The position numbers and the translations under genes are program-made. Source: an uncultured delta proteobacterium (GTDB lineage Bacteria > Myxococcota_A > Polyangia > Polyangiales > Polyangiaceae). From it: a stretch of DNA of 64,000 nucleotides. The stretch lies in the NCBI GenBank assembly GCA_963782055.1, contig CAWAIF010000003.1, positions 2,272,001 to 2,336,000 of the forward strand. The letters are read 5' to 3'. Below, piece after piece: positions 28,775 to 39,453 of this stretch. The notes beneath the pieces were generated by a model. It searched no databases and was not told the DNA's origin. It saw only the letters and a list, made by a program, of their open reading frames with translations. Within the stretch, counting starts at the first letter, position 1; every line of letters begins with the position of its first letter.

Positions 28775-29278
28775 TCACCCGCGGTGGGCCTCCTCCAGGG
28801 TCGCCAGGTCGATCTTGACCATCTTCATGAGGGCGTCGCTGACGCGCCGGGACCGCGTGCGATCGGGGTCGCTCATGAGCTCCCCCAGCTTCGCCGGGAT
28901 GATCTGCCAGCGCACGCCGAACCGGTCGATCAGCCAGCCGCACGCCTGCGCCTTGCCGCCGCCCTCGAGGAGGCCATCCCAGTAGCGGTCGAGCTCTGCC
29001 TGGTCCGCGCACGTGACGACGAGGGAGATGGCGTCGTTGAAGTCGTGGTGTGGCCCCGCGGACATCGCCTGGAAGCGCTGCCCGAAGAGGGTGAAGTCGA
29101 CGACCTTCACCGAGCCGCCGGGGCCGCTCGGCGAGTCGCTGAGCATGGCGCTCACGTGGTCGACGTGCGAGTCGGGGAAGAGCGACGCGTAGAGGCGCGC
29201 CGCCTCCTCTGCGTCCTTCGTGTACCAGAGAAACGGAAAAATCCTCGGCTTGCTCATGCTTGCCTCCACATCACTCAT
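28775..29278 (-). CDS. VOC/PhnB-like (3-demethylubiquinone-9 3-methyltransferase family) protein
   Basis: PFLWY...AEEAA, CGWLIDRFGVRWQI, MKMVKID. Confidence 0.9.
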   Translation of the reverse strand: MSDVEASMSKPRIFPFLWYTKDAEEAARLYASLFPDSHVDHVSAMLSDSPSGPGGSVKVVDFTLFGQRFQAMSAGPHHDFNDAISLVVTCADQAELDRYWDGLLEGGGKAQACGWLIDRFGVRWQIIPAKLGELMSDPDRTRSRRVSDALMKMVKIDLATLEEAHRG

Positions 29279-29441
29279 GGGGCATCGCCGGCTCCCCGGC
29301 GTTCATGGGGACGACGATCGCCCCGCACCAGGATCGACACCGGACGGGAAGTTTTGTGGCGGGACGGCCAGCGGACGTGATCGAGTGGCCGACACGCGCC
29401 TTTTGCCTGCTCGCCCGTGTAGTGACCATCTCGAACGGCGT

Positions 29442-31007
29442 CTACCCGTCGGCTTGACGGTGATGCGGGAACGCGAGCGCGGCGATCATCGACTCGACGA
29501 GCCGGCTCCGCGTCTCGCCGTGGGGTTCGCCGAGCTCCGAGGGGACCGGCCGCGCCGCGCGCACGTCGCGCAGGAGCGCGGCGACGGCCTCGGCGCGCGC
29601 GACGTCGATCGCGGCGTTCTCCTCGGCGTCGAGGCGCGCGCGGCACCACGCGTCCACGTCGCGCGCGAGCTCGGCGTGGCGCGTCTCGTCGATCGCGATG
29701 CCGTTCATCGTCCGGCGGAGTCGCGCGCTCGCCGCGTGAAGGGCCTGGTGGGTCGCGACGAGGGCGGCCCAGGTCTCGAGGAGGCAGCCTTCGACCGCGT
29801 TCTCCAAGGCCACGGCGAAGAGCGGGCGCACGGGCAGATCGCCGACCGTCGGCCCCACGAGCGCGGCGTCGTCGCTGCCCGCGCGGCGGGCGAGCGCCCG
29901 CATCGTCGCGGCGTGGCGCACCTCGTCGCGGCGCGCCCGCTCGGCCCGCGCGACGAGCGTGCGGTCCGCGCCATGGTGCAGAAGCTCGCGCGCGAGGCGA
30001 TCGAACGCCGGCACGGAGACCGCTTCGAGCTTGGCGGCGCGTGCGAAGTAAGCGGCCGGCGTGGACGCCTCGCCGGCGACCGTCACGCCTTCGGGGCGGC
30101 GGCCGAGCGGCATCATCCGCTCGCACTGCGTCGGCGTCGTGGTGACCACGGTCCGGCCGGTCTCGGCGAAGACGCCCTTGCGCGAGAGGTGGACGAGTCG
30201 GCGAACCGTCTGCGCCGTCCCGCTCCCGAACTGGCCGTGGCAGTCGTCGCCCGTGGTCGTGACGACGAAGGAGAACCCGTCGGCGTCGGTGTCGAACGTC
30301 GCCCCGGCGAGATCGTAGCCCGCGAGCCACAGCGCGATGGCGGCGAGCTGCCCGGTCGTGATGTTGCCACCGACGGCGTCGGCGAAGTCCTTCGACCACG
30401 GCTGATCGGTGGTGTACTGCGGCGGCGAGTCGACGACCTTGCCTGCGCGCACCTGGATGAAGCGCCGCCCGTTCGCGAAGCGCGTGAGGGCGGTGTGGAG
30501 CTCGGCGCTCGCGTCGCGCCGGCCGACCGACGCGAGCACGAGACCGTCGACGCGCGGTCCCCTGGCGCCGCCGAACGACGCTTCCCTGTCGCCGGCGGCG
30601 CGCAGCGCGGCGAACGTCGCGCCCGGCGGAAGACGCGTGAGGACCGGTGTGCCGTTTGCCTGGAGCGCCACCCGATGGCGGAGCGCGAGCGGCGCCTGGG
30701 GGAGGGTGACCGGAGCGGGCGTCGCGCCGGCGTCCACGACGCGCACGGTTGCGGTCGCGCTTGCGGTCGCGCTCGCGCTCGCGGTCGCGGTCGGGGCGGG
30801 GGCGGCCGAGGCCTCGCCCGGAGCTCCCGCGTCGACGGAGGGCGCCGCGGAGACTTCCGGCGGTGGCGCGACCGCGCCGCCTGGAGGCGTGCGGACCTCG
30901 GCCTCGTTCTGTCCGGCGCCGCACGCCGCGTCGACGACCAAGAGGACAAAGAGCGCTCGAAGCCGTGCGGATCGCATGCGCGTTCGACGAGTGAGGGCAC
31001 CACCCAT
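29442..31007 (-). CDS. Lipoprotein with C-terminal ferritin-like domain
   Basis: DAAC lipobox-like; GRRPEG; LEAVSVPAF, DEVRH, NAVEGC, DETRH. Confidence 0.85.
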   Translation of the reverse strand: MGGALTRRTRMRSARLRALFVLLVVDAACGAGQNEAEVRTPPGGAVAPPPEVSAAPSVDAGAPGEASAAPAPTATASASATASATATVRVVDAGATPAPVTLPQAPLALRHRVALQANGTPVLTRLPPGATFAALRAAGDREASFGGARGPRVDGLVLASVGRRDASAELHTALTRFANGRRFIQVRAGKVVDSPPQYTTDQPWSKDFADAVGGNITTGQLAAIALWLAGYDLAGATFDTDADGFSFVVTTTGDDCHGQFGSGTAQTVRRLVHLSRKGVFAETGRTVVTTTPTQCERMMPLGRRPEGVTVAGEASTPAAYFARAAKLEAVSVPAFDRLARELLHHGADRTLVARAERARRDEVRHAATMRALARRAGSDDAALVGPTVGDLPVRPLFAVALENAVEGCLLETWAALVATHQALHAASARLRRTMNGIAIDETRHAELARDVDAWCRARLDAEENAAIDVARAEAVAALLRDVRAARPVPSELGEPHGETRSRLVESMIAALAFPHHRQADG

Positions 31008-31217
31008 TCACGGGACTCTACGCGCGAAAGGCTCGTCCCGCGGCTGAAACGGCGGCGAGCTACGCGTCGGACGCGTGGGCTCTCGGGTGCGTGAAGCGCC
31101 CGGCTCCAATCCCGTCTCCGTGATCAGACTATCGTCGATGCCTCGCAGTCCGATCGATCGAATGAGATTCGGTGAACCTGCCCCGGCGATCGCGATATGG
31201 TTTCCCCAACTCCCCAC

Positions 31218-31994
31218 ATGGACCGCTCCGAAAGATCTCGCCTTCCGCTCGTACGGACCGGCGCCGGGCGCCTCGGCGTGTTCCGGGTGGTCGCGGTCGT
31301 CGCGCTGTGCGGCGCGTGTGACAAGAAGCTCCCGCCACCGCCGGAGCTGAGTCACCCGGACGCGTCGTCGGCGTCCGCCGTCTCCGAGACGACGCCGAAG
31401 TTCGCGCTCTACGGGGAGTTCGCCGCCACCGCACGCGCGACGGATCCCGAGGCGCTCCCGGCCGGCGACGTCGCCCGCGCGAAGGGCCGGCGCGTGGCGC
31501 CCATCGAGCGGCGCGTCCAGCAGACGTGGTCGGCCGCGGACCAGGCGCGCATCGACAACGGATCGCCGCAGGTCCGCGCGCTCGTGGGCGCGCTCACGAA
31601 GCCTCGGGCGCCGTTCTGCGCGACGGGCGGGTGGAGCGCGTGCGTCGGGAAGCCGTGGTACGCGGACAACCCGAGCGACGCGGGCATCGTGCTCTACGTC
31701 GACCGCAAGAGCGCCCCCGCGGGGACGTACCACTTCGCCGGATCGAGCGCGCGTCTGGCGACCGGATACGAGACCGTCCTCCAGTTCACCGCGGTCCTCG
31801 TCCCCGAGAACGTGCGCGTCGCGCGCTGGGCGCGCTACTGCCCGCCGCCGTTGGAGACCTCCGCGATCGGCGGCAGAGCGCTCATGCAGGTCGGCGCGCT
31901 CACCCAGTCGGCGTCGGACGCGGACATGGCCGCGCTCACGTCGGGCGAGGCGCCGAAGGGCGACTTCCCGCTGAGCGCACCAGATGCGGGGTGA
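31218..31994 (+). CDS. Putative lipoprotein
   Basis: ALCGAC lipobox, Pro-rich linker; start uncertain. Confidence 0.7.
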   Translation: MDRSERSRLPLVRTGAGRLGVFRVVAVVALCGACDKKLPPPPELSHPDASSASAVSETTPKFALYGEFAATARATDPEALPAGDVARAKGRRVAPIERRVQQTWSAADQARIDNGSPQVRALVGALTKPRAPFCATGGWSACVGKPWYADNPSDAGIVLYVDRKSAPAGTYHFAGSSARLATGYETVLQFTAVLVPENVRVARWARYCPPPLETSAIGGRALMQVGALTQSASDADMAALTSGEAPKGDFPLSAPDAG

Positions 31995-32107
31995 CGTGTC
32001 GTGCGCTCGATCACGCGCGACGACATCGCCACTCGGCTCGTCGCCCGCGGGGTGCGTGCAATCGTTCGTCCTGCGGGGCTACTATTTCCCGGGTGCGGTC
32101 GGGCAGG

Positions 32108-32566
32108 ATGGATCAACCTGACGAGGTGATGGTCCGCGTCGGTCGGGCGATGGAGCTGGCGCACACGGGTGAGCGCGGCGCGGCTCGCGCCCTGTTCGTC
32201 GAGCTCTGGGCCGAGCTCGAACCCGACGGAGATCCCTTTCACCGGTGCGCCGTCGCCCATGCCATGGCGGACCTGCAAGAGGACCCGAACGACGCGTTGA
32301 CCTGGGACCTGCGAGCGCTTCGGGCCGCCGACCTCCTCACCGACGAGCGCGTCGCGGCCGGAGGCGTCGCAGGTTCCGTCCGGGGCTTCTACCCATCGCT
32401 TCATCTCAACCTGGCCGACCTGTACCTGAGACTCGGCGATCGTCTCCGGGCGCGACACCACGTCGCCGCCGGGAGGGAGGCGCTCGGCGCGCTCGGCGAC
32501 GACGGCTACAAACAGATGATCGTCGACGCGCTCGAGCGCATCGACAGGGAGCTCGGCCACGCTTGA
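32108..32566 (+). CDS. TPR-like helical hypothetical protein
   Basis: GDPFHRCAVAHAMADLQ...FYPSLHLNLADLY. Confidence 0.8.
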   Translation: MDQPDEVMVRVGRAMELAHTGERGAARALFVELWAELEPDGDPFHRCAVAHAMADLQEDPNDALTWDLRALRAADLLTDERVAAGGVAGSVRGFYPSLHLNLADLYLRLGDRLRARHHVAAGREALGALGDDGYKQMIVDALERIDRELGHA

Positions 32567-32752
32567 TGCCGGGACCTGCCGCACGCACGGCTCCGCGTCC
32601 ACCGGCACAGTGACCGGCCAGACCGTCGGCGGCGTGGCCGCGCGGCATGGTCGTGCGAGCGAGCTCGCCCGTACGGCGTCCCGTCGATTGGCCTGCGTCC
32701 GGCACGGCAGCCCGGCCTGGCGCGGGTCGTGGTGGAGCGCAAGGACAGCGGG

Positions 32753-33562
32753 TTACGAGCAGCCGATGCGCGACGTGGCGACGGCGATGTCGTCGAACCA
32801 CACGTCGTACGCCGCAGGCCCTTTGTCGGTGCCGAAGAGCGAGATGCCGAAGTCGTGCGACTGGAACGAGTCCTTTCCCCAGCTTCCCTCGTGCAGGTCC
32901 GCCAACGGCGTGCCGTCGAGCCAGTAGTCGGCGGTGCCTGCGGCCGGGTTGAAATTCCACTCCATGCACGCCCAGTGGCCGATCGGAACGCCGGTCGTGG
33001 AGTGACTCGCCGTCTCGTTCGACGAGAAGTACGCGAGCGACATGAGCGTGCCGTCCTGCGACGCGAAGGTGTAGGTCGCCTTCGGGCCGCTCGCCCAGAA
33101 GTAGGCGACGTGAGCGATCGGCGCCGATGGTTCGAAGTAGATCCACGCGCGCCCGAAGAGGTTCGCCCCGGTTTGCGGGAACGTCCTCGTCTCGGTGACG
33201 TGCGCGTCGGCGCCGGCGTTCGGGGGTACGTGCGCGTGCAGGGACTGGGCTCCGCTGTGGGCGTGCGTCGTGGAGAGGTCGAGTTGCCCACCGTTGTTGG
33301 TGAAGCTCGTCCATGTCGACGTGTCGATGCCGCTCGCTTCGAAGTCGTCGCACAGCAGCAGGCCTGGCGCGTCGCAGCCCGAGGTGGATGCGGGCGCGTC
33401 CGGAGCTTCCGCGTCGGCTGGGCTGGAGTCCTGCGAGGCATCGAGCTCCTGGGAGGCGTCGAAGGTCGGGGCGGCCTCGGGGGCGGTGGCGTCGCGCGCC
33501 TCGCTGCTCGGGGGTGTCGCGGAGCAGGCGGTCAGGAGGACGATGGCGATGCGCGGGATCAT
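32753..33562 (-). CDS. Lipoprotein with beta-sandwich (Cip1/polysaccharide-lyase-like) domain
   Basis: LTAC lipobox; LCDDFE, AHSGAQSL, WACMEW, WFDDIAVATSRIGC. Confidence 0.8.
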   Translation of the reverse strand: MIPRIAIVLLTACSATPPSSEARDATAPEAAPTFDASQELDASQDSSPADAEAPDAPASTSGCDAPGLLLCDDFEASGIDTSTWTSFTNNGGQLDLSTTHAHSGAQSLHAHVPPNAGADAHVTETRTFPQTGANLFGRAWIYFEPSAPIAHVAYFWASGPKATYTFASQDGTLMSLAYFSSNETASHSTTGVPIGHWACMEWNFNPAAGTADYWLDGTPLADLHEGSWGKDSFQSHDFGISLFGTDKGPAAYDVWFDDIAVATSRIGCS

Positions 33563-33793
33563 GCACCGGCAGGCATGCAGGAACCGAACCACCTCCACGG
33601 AGCAGGTCTCCGCGCCGGCCTGGGCCGTGCTTCGAGGGCGAGCGGACGAAGCGTCTCTGCGCGAGGGGGACGATGTCCCCTGTCCCGTCCGGCCGCGCTA
33701 CTATCCGGCGACGCGCCACCGCCGGTCCGCGGCGACGCTACCTCGACGGCGAGAACTTGAACGTGGTCGACCCGCTGGCGTTCGCGCGAAACG

Positions 33794-35704
33794 ATGGGCA
33801 CTGACAAGAAGGTCGTCGCAGCATGGTCGCGCATCGAGGCGTGGCTCTCGGACCATGCTCGCGTGGTCCGCGACGCGCTCGCGAAGCCCGCCACCGAGAA
33901 GAAGCTCCGTGGTGCCGAGAAGGCGATGGGCCTCGCGTTGCCCCAGGAGCTGCGACAGCTCTACCTGCTTCACGACGGCACCGCGCGTGGCACCCTCGGC
34001 CTGTTCGACGGGTGGAGGTGGATCGCCATCGACGAGGTCGTGGCGGAGTGGCGGGATTGGAAGGCTCTCCTCGAGGAGCACGGCGACGCCTGGGCGGCCG
34101 AGCCCCCCGACGCCGACCGTGGAGTACGTGCCGAGAACTGGAACGCGAAGTGGATTCCGATCACCAGCAGCGGGTCGGGCGATCATCACTGCGTCGACCT
34201 GGCTCCGGCGAGGGGCGGCGTGCCGGGCCAGGTCATTCGCATGTGGCACGACGAGCCGCTGCGCCAGTTGAAGGCGAGGAGCGTGTCCGAATGGCTCGAG
34301 CACCTCGCCGACGGTCTCGAATCTGGCCGGCTCACCTGGTCCGCCGAGGACGAGCGCATCGACGAAGGAGGCAGTGCTCCCGTGACGCCGACGCCGCCAC
34401 GGCGCTTCACGATGACCGGGGGCGGCTCGAACAAGTTCTGGGAGATCCGGGTCGAGGGCGCGAGCACCACGGTGCGTCACGGCCGTGTGGGCCAAGCAGG
34501 GCGGGAGCAGACCAAGTCCCATGCGAGCGCTGCGGCGGCCTCGAGGGCGGCGGGAGAGCTGATCGCCCAGAAGACGAGGAAGGGGTACGTCGAGGCGCGC
34601 GCCCCCGAGCGGGCGAGCCGCACCCCGGGACGAGAGTCCTCTTCGGAGCACGGGGTCCCGACGTGGGCGATGCCAGGCCACGACGCCCAGCGCACCGGTT
34701 TCAGTGGCTACCGCGGGCCACAGTCGGCGACATGCAGGGTGCTCTTCACCGCCAGCGAAGATGCGGAGCTCACGGCGCCTGCGGTGGCCACCGACGGCAC
34801 CATCCACTTTGCCTGCGACAACAAGGTGTATGCGGTCACGCCGCAAGGCAAGAAGAAGTGGGTCTTCTCCACCCGTAGCCCCAATGTGGTGTGTGGCCCG
34901 GTCGTCGGCGGCGACGGCACCATCTACGTCGGCCACGACGACTACCTGGTCGCCGTCAGCCCTGACGGCAAGAAGAAGTGGGCCTTCCGGAGCGAGTATT
35001 TCGTCAACGACGTGGCGATCGATCGCGACGGCACGGTCTACCTCGTGACCGAGTCCAGCATGGTCTACGCGGTGACCGCCGGGGGAAAGCAGTGGGTGTT
35101 CCGTCCCGAGGGAATTGGCTCCCTCGCCCCGCCCGCGATCGGCCACGACAAGACCGTCTATCTTGGCTCCAGAAGATCGACGCTGGAGCGAGGGAAGTGG
35201 TCGCACCGCGACGCGCTGGTCGCCCTCGGCCCCGAAGGTACCCAGAAGTGGGCGTTCTCCACGGGTGACGCGATCGTCTGCTCGCCCGTCGTCGGCAACG
35301 ACGGGACGATCTACGTGGGGTCGAACGACCAGCACCTGTACGCGATCACGCCTCAGGGCACGAAGAAGTGGGCCTTTCGAGCGCCGGCCGAACCCTCGTC
35401 GCCGGCCCTCGCCAAGGACGGCACCATCTACCTCGGTTGCGCAGGTAAGCTGCTCGCGATCGGCGCCGAGGGCCGGAAGAAGTGGGCGCTTCCAGTCGCC
35501 GTGAGCTCGCCGCCCATCGTCGGCAATGACGGGCTGGTCTATCTCGGGACGCGGGAAGGCCTCTGCGCCGTCACCCCGGCAGGAAAGAGGATGTGGGTCT
35601 CGCCGGTGGAGGACGGAGTGAGCACGCCGCTCGCCATGACCCAGCGGGGCACGTTGTATTTCTCGAGCGGCGTTCCGGGGAAACTGTACGCGATCGGGCC
35701 TTGA
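33794..35704 (+). CDS. SMI1/KNR4 + WGR + PQQ-like beta-propeller fusion protein
   Basis: AEKAMGLALPQELRQLYLLHDG...WIPI...GQVI; NKFWEI...HGRVGQAG...KTRKGY; about eight DGTIY...KKW repeats. Confidence 0.9.
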   Translation: MGTDKKVVAAWSRIEAWLSDHARVVRDALAKPATEKKLRGAEKAMGLALPQELRQLYLLHDGTARGTLGLFDGWRWIAIDEVVAEWRDWKALLEEHGDAWAAEPPDADRGVRAENWNAKWIPITSSGSGDHHCVDLAPARGGVPGQVIRMWHDEPLRQLKARSVSEWLEHLADGLESGRLTWSAEDERIDEGGSAPVTPTPPRRFTMTGGGSNKFWEIRVEGASTTVRHGRVGQAGREQTKSHASAAAASRAAGELIAQKTRKGYVEARAPERASRTPGRESSSEHGVPTWAMPGHDAQRTGFSGYRGPQSATCRVLFTASEDAELTAPAVATDGTIHFACDNKVYAVTPQGKKKWVFSTRSPNVVCGPVVGGDGTIYVGHDDYLVAVSPDGKKKWAFRSEYFVNDVAIDRDGTVYLVTESSMVYAVTAGGKQWVFRPEGIGSLAPPAIGHDKTVYLGSRRSTLERGKWSHRDALVALGPEGTQKWAFSTGDAIVCSPVVGNDGTIYVGSNDQHLYAITPQGTKKWAFRAPAEPSSPALAKDGTIYLGCAGKLLAIGAEGRKKWALPVAVSSPPIVGNDGLVYLGTREGLCAVTPAGKRMWVSPVEDGVSTPLAMTQRGTLYFSSGVPGKLYAIGP

Positions 35705-35742
35705 CGGTCTCGGAGCCGGCCACGGAGTCACCGGTTCGGATC

Positions 35743-36126
35743 TCAGAAGAGAACACGCCAGCGGACGTCCGGCCCACCGGCGAAGCCGCTGTAATGGTGG
35801 GCGGACACCTGGGATCTCGACTGCGCCTCGGTCGCGGTGCCGTCGCAGCTGGCCGTGCCCCCGCTCGGCAGGTCGCCGTAGACGTGCGCGCGCCCCTCGC
35901 CGTTCGCCTGGAAGTACCAGCCGGCGAACGGCTGGGTCGTCGTGTACGCCTGGCACGTGCCCTGGTCGGCGTCGCTCAAGGTGATCATGTCCCCCACGTA
36001 CGACGGATCGCAGTGCTCGGTGATCTCCCACACGCCGCGGGTGTCGAAGCACCCCGGCCCGCTGCAGCCGAGCACCGTCACCGCGGTCGCCGCCGCGACC
36101 GTACACGCGAACACCGTCTTCTTCAC
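35743..36126 (-). CDS. Small lipoprotein
   Basis: VKKTVFAC...VLGC lipobox. Confidence 0.7.
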   Translation of the reverse strand: MKKTVFACTVAAATAVTVLGCSGPGCFDTRGVWEITEHCDPSYVGDMITLSDADQGTCQAYTTTQPFAGWYFQANGEGRAHVYGDLPSGGTASCDGTATEAQSRSQVSAHHYSGFAGGPDVRWRVLF

Positions 36127-36194
36127 GTCGCCGTCTTCCTCGCCCCAGGTGTTTGAGTTCGCGCCGAGCAGGGGCGCGGGTCGTCGGGTGGCCC

Positions 36195-36680
36195 TCAGTA
36201 GCAGCCGCTGCCCACGCAGGAGCCGAAGTCGCAGTAGCAGTTGGCGCCGTCGCAGAAGTGCGACGAGGTCCACGTGCCGTTGGCGCAGATCGCCGTGTGG
36301 TAGACGTCTTGCAGCCCTTCTCGCCGTCGGAGTACGTGATCTGATCCACGCTGCTGTGGCAGGTCCCTCCTCCCCCCGCACCATCGTTGCCCGCGTCGGC
36401 GCCGGCGCCGGACGGGCAAGTGACAGGATGATCGGCGCAGTTTTGGTACTGGCCGTCCGGGTTCGCGAGGCTGTCGTACCGCTTCGCGTCGCTCAGGCTC
36501 CGGAACTGGTAGTTGTCGAGGTCGCGCTCGTGGCCAAGCCGCGACGGACGTCGTGCTTCGAGGGTCGACGGGCGCCTCCGCGCCACCATGACGGGTATCC
36601 GATGTTGCGCGCTTCATCGTCGACGGGGACGGTAGCGTCGGGCCGCGCGGCGCCTCCATGGTCATTTTGCTGGACGTGAT
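36195..36680 (-). pseudogene. 3' fragment of a Cys-rich protein with frameshifts
   Basis: DLDNYQFRSLSDAKRYD...TYSDGEKGC shifts into QDVYHTAICANG...GSGCY*; no clear start. Confidence 0.55.
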
Positions 36681-36958
36681 CGAGCGCGGCTCGCGTGATA
36701 GAAGAGAGGTCGGGCGGGTGAGTGCCATGCGGGCGTGGCGGCCCCAGCCCTCCGGGGATCATGGGACGACAAGGGAGACTCAGGCGGCAGCTCGCGCTGT
36801 GCGATCTCGCTCGACGCTCCTAGGCTCTGGAGCGTGACCCGATCGAGACGGTCCCGTGGACGGCCAGTCTGCCGTTTGGCGATCCGAATCATGAGTACGA
36901 AGAAGCTATCCGCCATCTTCGTCCCCGCGCCACGACGGCGAGACGGTAGAATCAGCCC

Positions 36959-37711
36959 ATGACCTGCCAGTACTGCGGTGCGCCGATCGAGCGGTCCACC
37001 ACCGGCCCCACGACCTGTAACTTCTGTCAGCGCGTCAACGATCCGCTTCCGAAACAGGTGGAGGTGCCCGTCCCGGTGCAGATCGTCCAGAACGTGGTGC
37101 AGGTGGTGGGCGAGGCCCCCGCCGAGACGCGCGAGCTCCGCTGCCCGCAGTGCCGCAAGCGGCTCGTCACCGCGAAGGTCAAGGACGTGGAGCTGAGCGG
37201 CTGTGTCGGGTGCGGCGGCATCTGGATCGAGAACGCGAGCGCGCGCCGCGTGCTCTCCGATCCCGAGCCCCTCTTCGCGGAGATGGCCACGCGCGCCGGC
37301 AACAACGCGCGCAATCGCGCGACGCATGCCGATCAGCGCACCTGCCCCGCGTGCCCGGCCATCCTGGATCGCGTCCGCTCGCACGGCATCGAGCTCGACG
37401 TGTGCACCGATCACGGCACCTGGTTCGATGCCTTCGAGCTGGCGACGCTCATGCGCATCCTTCGTGGCGAGCAGCCCGCTGCCGGCGGCCGAACCATCCT
37501 CTGCTCTGGCTGCCAACGCCCGATCCTCGCCGACCACGCCAACATCACCGATCGCGGCTTGCAATGCGACGCGTGCTGGCGCGGCGAGCAGCAAGAGGAG
37601 ATCGCGCGGTTCGAGCAGAGCGTGCAGGGTGGCGGGAGCGCGGCGGGCGTCGCCGTGGGCGGAGTGATGCTCGGCGTCGCGGCGGCGATGCTCGGCGCCT
37701 CCAGCAGGTGA
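36959..37711 (+). CDS. Multi-zinc-ribbon protein (zf-TFIIB-like)
   Basis: Multiple CxxC pairs; CVGCGGIW, CTDHGTWFD; hydrophobic C-terminus. Confidence 0.85.
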   Translation: MTCQYCGAPIERSTTGPTTCNFCQRVNDPLPKQVEVPVPVQIVQNVVQVVGEAPAETRELRCPQCRKRLVTAKVKDVELSGCVGCGGIWIENASARRVLSDPEPLFAEMATRAGNNARNRATHADQRTCPACPAILDRVRSHGIELDVCTDHGTWFDAFELATLMRILRGEQPAAGGRTILCSGCQRPILADHANITDRGLQCDACWRGEQQEEIARFEQSVQGGGSAAGVAVGGVMLGVAAAMLGASSR

Positions 37712-37926
37712 CGCGCCTCGCGCGCTCTCGGACTCGGGGAAGCGGCGGGCACATCCCGCCCCGCCTATGGTTGCGCTCGCAAGGGGGCTGAAGAACGAGC
37801 GCATCAGGATGCGGGGGTGTTCTCCAACCCGGACCGCGACTTCGATTGGTCTCGGTCGTCCGGCGCGGGTCAGCGTGCGCTTTTCTGGTTTCCACGCCCC
37901 CGCAGCGAGGCTAATTTACGGCTGTC

Positions 37927-38394
37927 ATGAAGAAAACCGCCCTCCTCCTGCTGGTGCTCCTCTTCGTCACCGCGTGCAAGTTCGGCCTCAACACCAAGAA
38001 GCTGGAAGGCCTCATCACGAGCTCCTGCAAGGCGAAGGGGCTCGAGCTCACGTCGGTGCAGTGCCCCAAGCGCTCCGAGAAGAAGGGGGACACCTTCGAC
38101 TGCACGGGCACGACGGCCGACGGGCAGGCGCTCGTCTTTCACGTCACGCAGACAGACAGCAAGGGCAACGTGGACTGGAAGCTCGATGGGGCCATCGTGG
38201 ACGCCAAGAAGGTGGGCGACAGCATCAAGGGGAAGATCGGCGCGCAGGCGGACGTGAAGTGCCCCTCCAAGGTGACGGTGCTCACCAAGGGCAAGGTCCT
38301 CAACTGCGCGGCCACGATCAACAACAAGGATCACATGGTCCAGGTCACCGCCAATGAAGACGCCAGCGACGTGAACTGGAAGATCATGAACTGA
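37927..38394 (+). CDS. DUF4333-like lipoprotein
   Basis: VTAC lipobox; two VxCP...G.TFxC repeats. Confidence 0.85.
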   Translation: MKKTALLLLVLLFVTACKFGLNTKKLEGLITSSCKAKGLELTSVQCPKRSEKKGDTFDCTGTTADGQALVFHVTQTDSKGNVDWKLDGAIVDAKKVGDSIKGKIGAQADVKCPSKVTVLTKGKVLNCAATINNKDHMVQVTANEDASDVNWKIMN

Positions 38395-38591
38395 CCGGCG
38401 ACGGCCGCGCGACGGCCTCCAGCGGCGCGAGGCGGACGTTGACCTCCGCCTCGCGGCCGAGGATCCGCAGCGAGTCGCCCAGGCACGACCACGCAACCGC
38501 GTGACGAGGTCGCCAGACGTCCCTTCACCTGGGGACGCGCCGCGCTCTCCGACACGCAAGCGGCGCCGTGCTACGGTGTCGCGTACTTCTC

Positions 38592-38969
38592 ATGCGCCAA
38601 GTGCACTGGACCTTCATCGAGGAGTTCCCGCCAGAACACCGGCGGCGCGGTTGCCCGAGCTCCAGGATATGGGAGGCCGACTTCGTCGCCATGCGGCTGA
38701 CGATCCGGCTGGGGGACCAAGAGTCAGAGAGCGAGCTGCGCCGCATCGATAGCGCGAGGTGGGAGCACCGGTTGCCTCCGGCGTCTCGACAGGCGGAGGT
38801 GGATCGCTCTCGCACAGGGGTTTTGGGGACGCTGCCGACCTCGCTCGAGGAGCACCCCGAGCCTCTCGCCAACGCGGAGCGTCTCCTTGACGATTCCGTG
38901 GAGTGGAGGCCGCTCTCCCCAGGGCTCGCACTCTCCATCGAGGTGGCCCATCAACGGTTCGCCGGCTGA
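38592..38969 (+). CDS. Hypothetical protein
   Basis: Plausible ORF, no motif recognised. Confidence 0.5.
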   Translation: MRQVHWTFIEEFPPEHRRRGCPSSRIWEADFVAMRLTIRLGDQESESELRRIDSARWEHRLPPASRQAEVDRSRTGVLGTLPTSLEEHPEPLANAERLLDDSVEWRPLSPGLALSIEVAHQRFAG

Positions 38970-39129
38970 TGGTCGAGCGAGGCGGGGTGGATGTGAGTCT
39001 TCCAGGGTCCCCCGGGTGGGGCGCATCGCGTTGATGGGGGTTGGCCAGCTTCGCGCCGCGAACGGGATGGCAGCTGGCGCGCGCGGGTCGCCCCCTGGGT
39101 GCCGTGGTCGGGACGTTCGCATTGGCAGC

Positions 39130-39400
39130 CGCGTGGTGTGGACGCACGTCTCGACGATGTTCTCGATCTTGGGAGCCGTGTGAAGCCACCCCTCGTCCGC
39201 GCGGGCTCGAGGCGCTTCACAGCAAGGTCGCCAGCGCGCGCTCCAGGGACTCCGAGGGGCCCTGCCACGCCTGCCGCACGAGCGCGGCGCGCTGCTGCAC
39301 GGTGCGGCGGAGATCCTCGAACCATCAGCGTCCTCACGAAGCGGCTCGAGGAGCGAGCGCCGGTTCATCCAGCCGAGGTCCAGGAGGCCCGCGCCGACGG
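39130..39400 (-). pseudogene. Degraded central fragment of IS91-family transposase
   Basis: RFVRTL...RRARAAGV...GVPGARAG...GFTRLPR across broken frames. Confidence 0.45.
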
Positions 39401-39453
39401 CACTCTCCGCTGCAAACGGGATGGCGTTGTTCGTCACCCGTCGATGGACCAGG

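Noticed and set aside
33600..33790. Further IS91 relics here and at 24030-24150, 37720-37790, 41640-41720
   Set aside because: Only 3-5 residue resemblances; not distinguishable from chance without a search.
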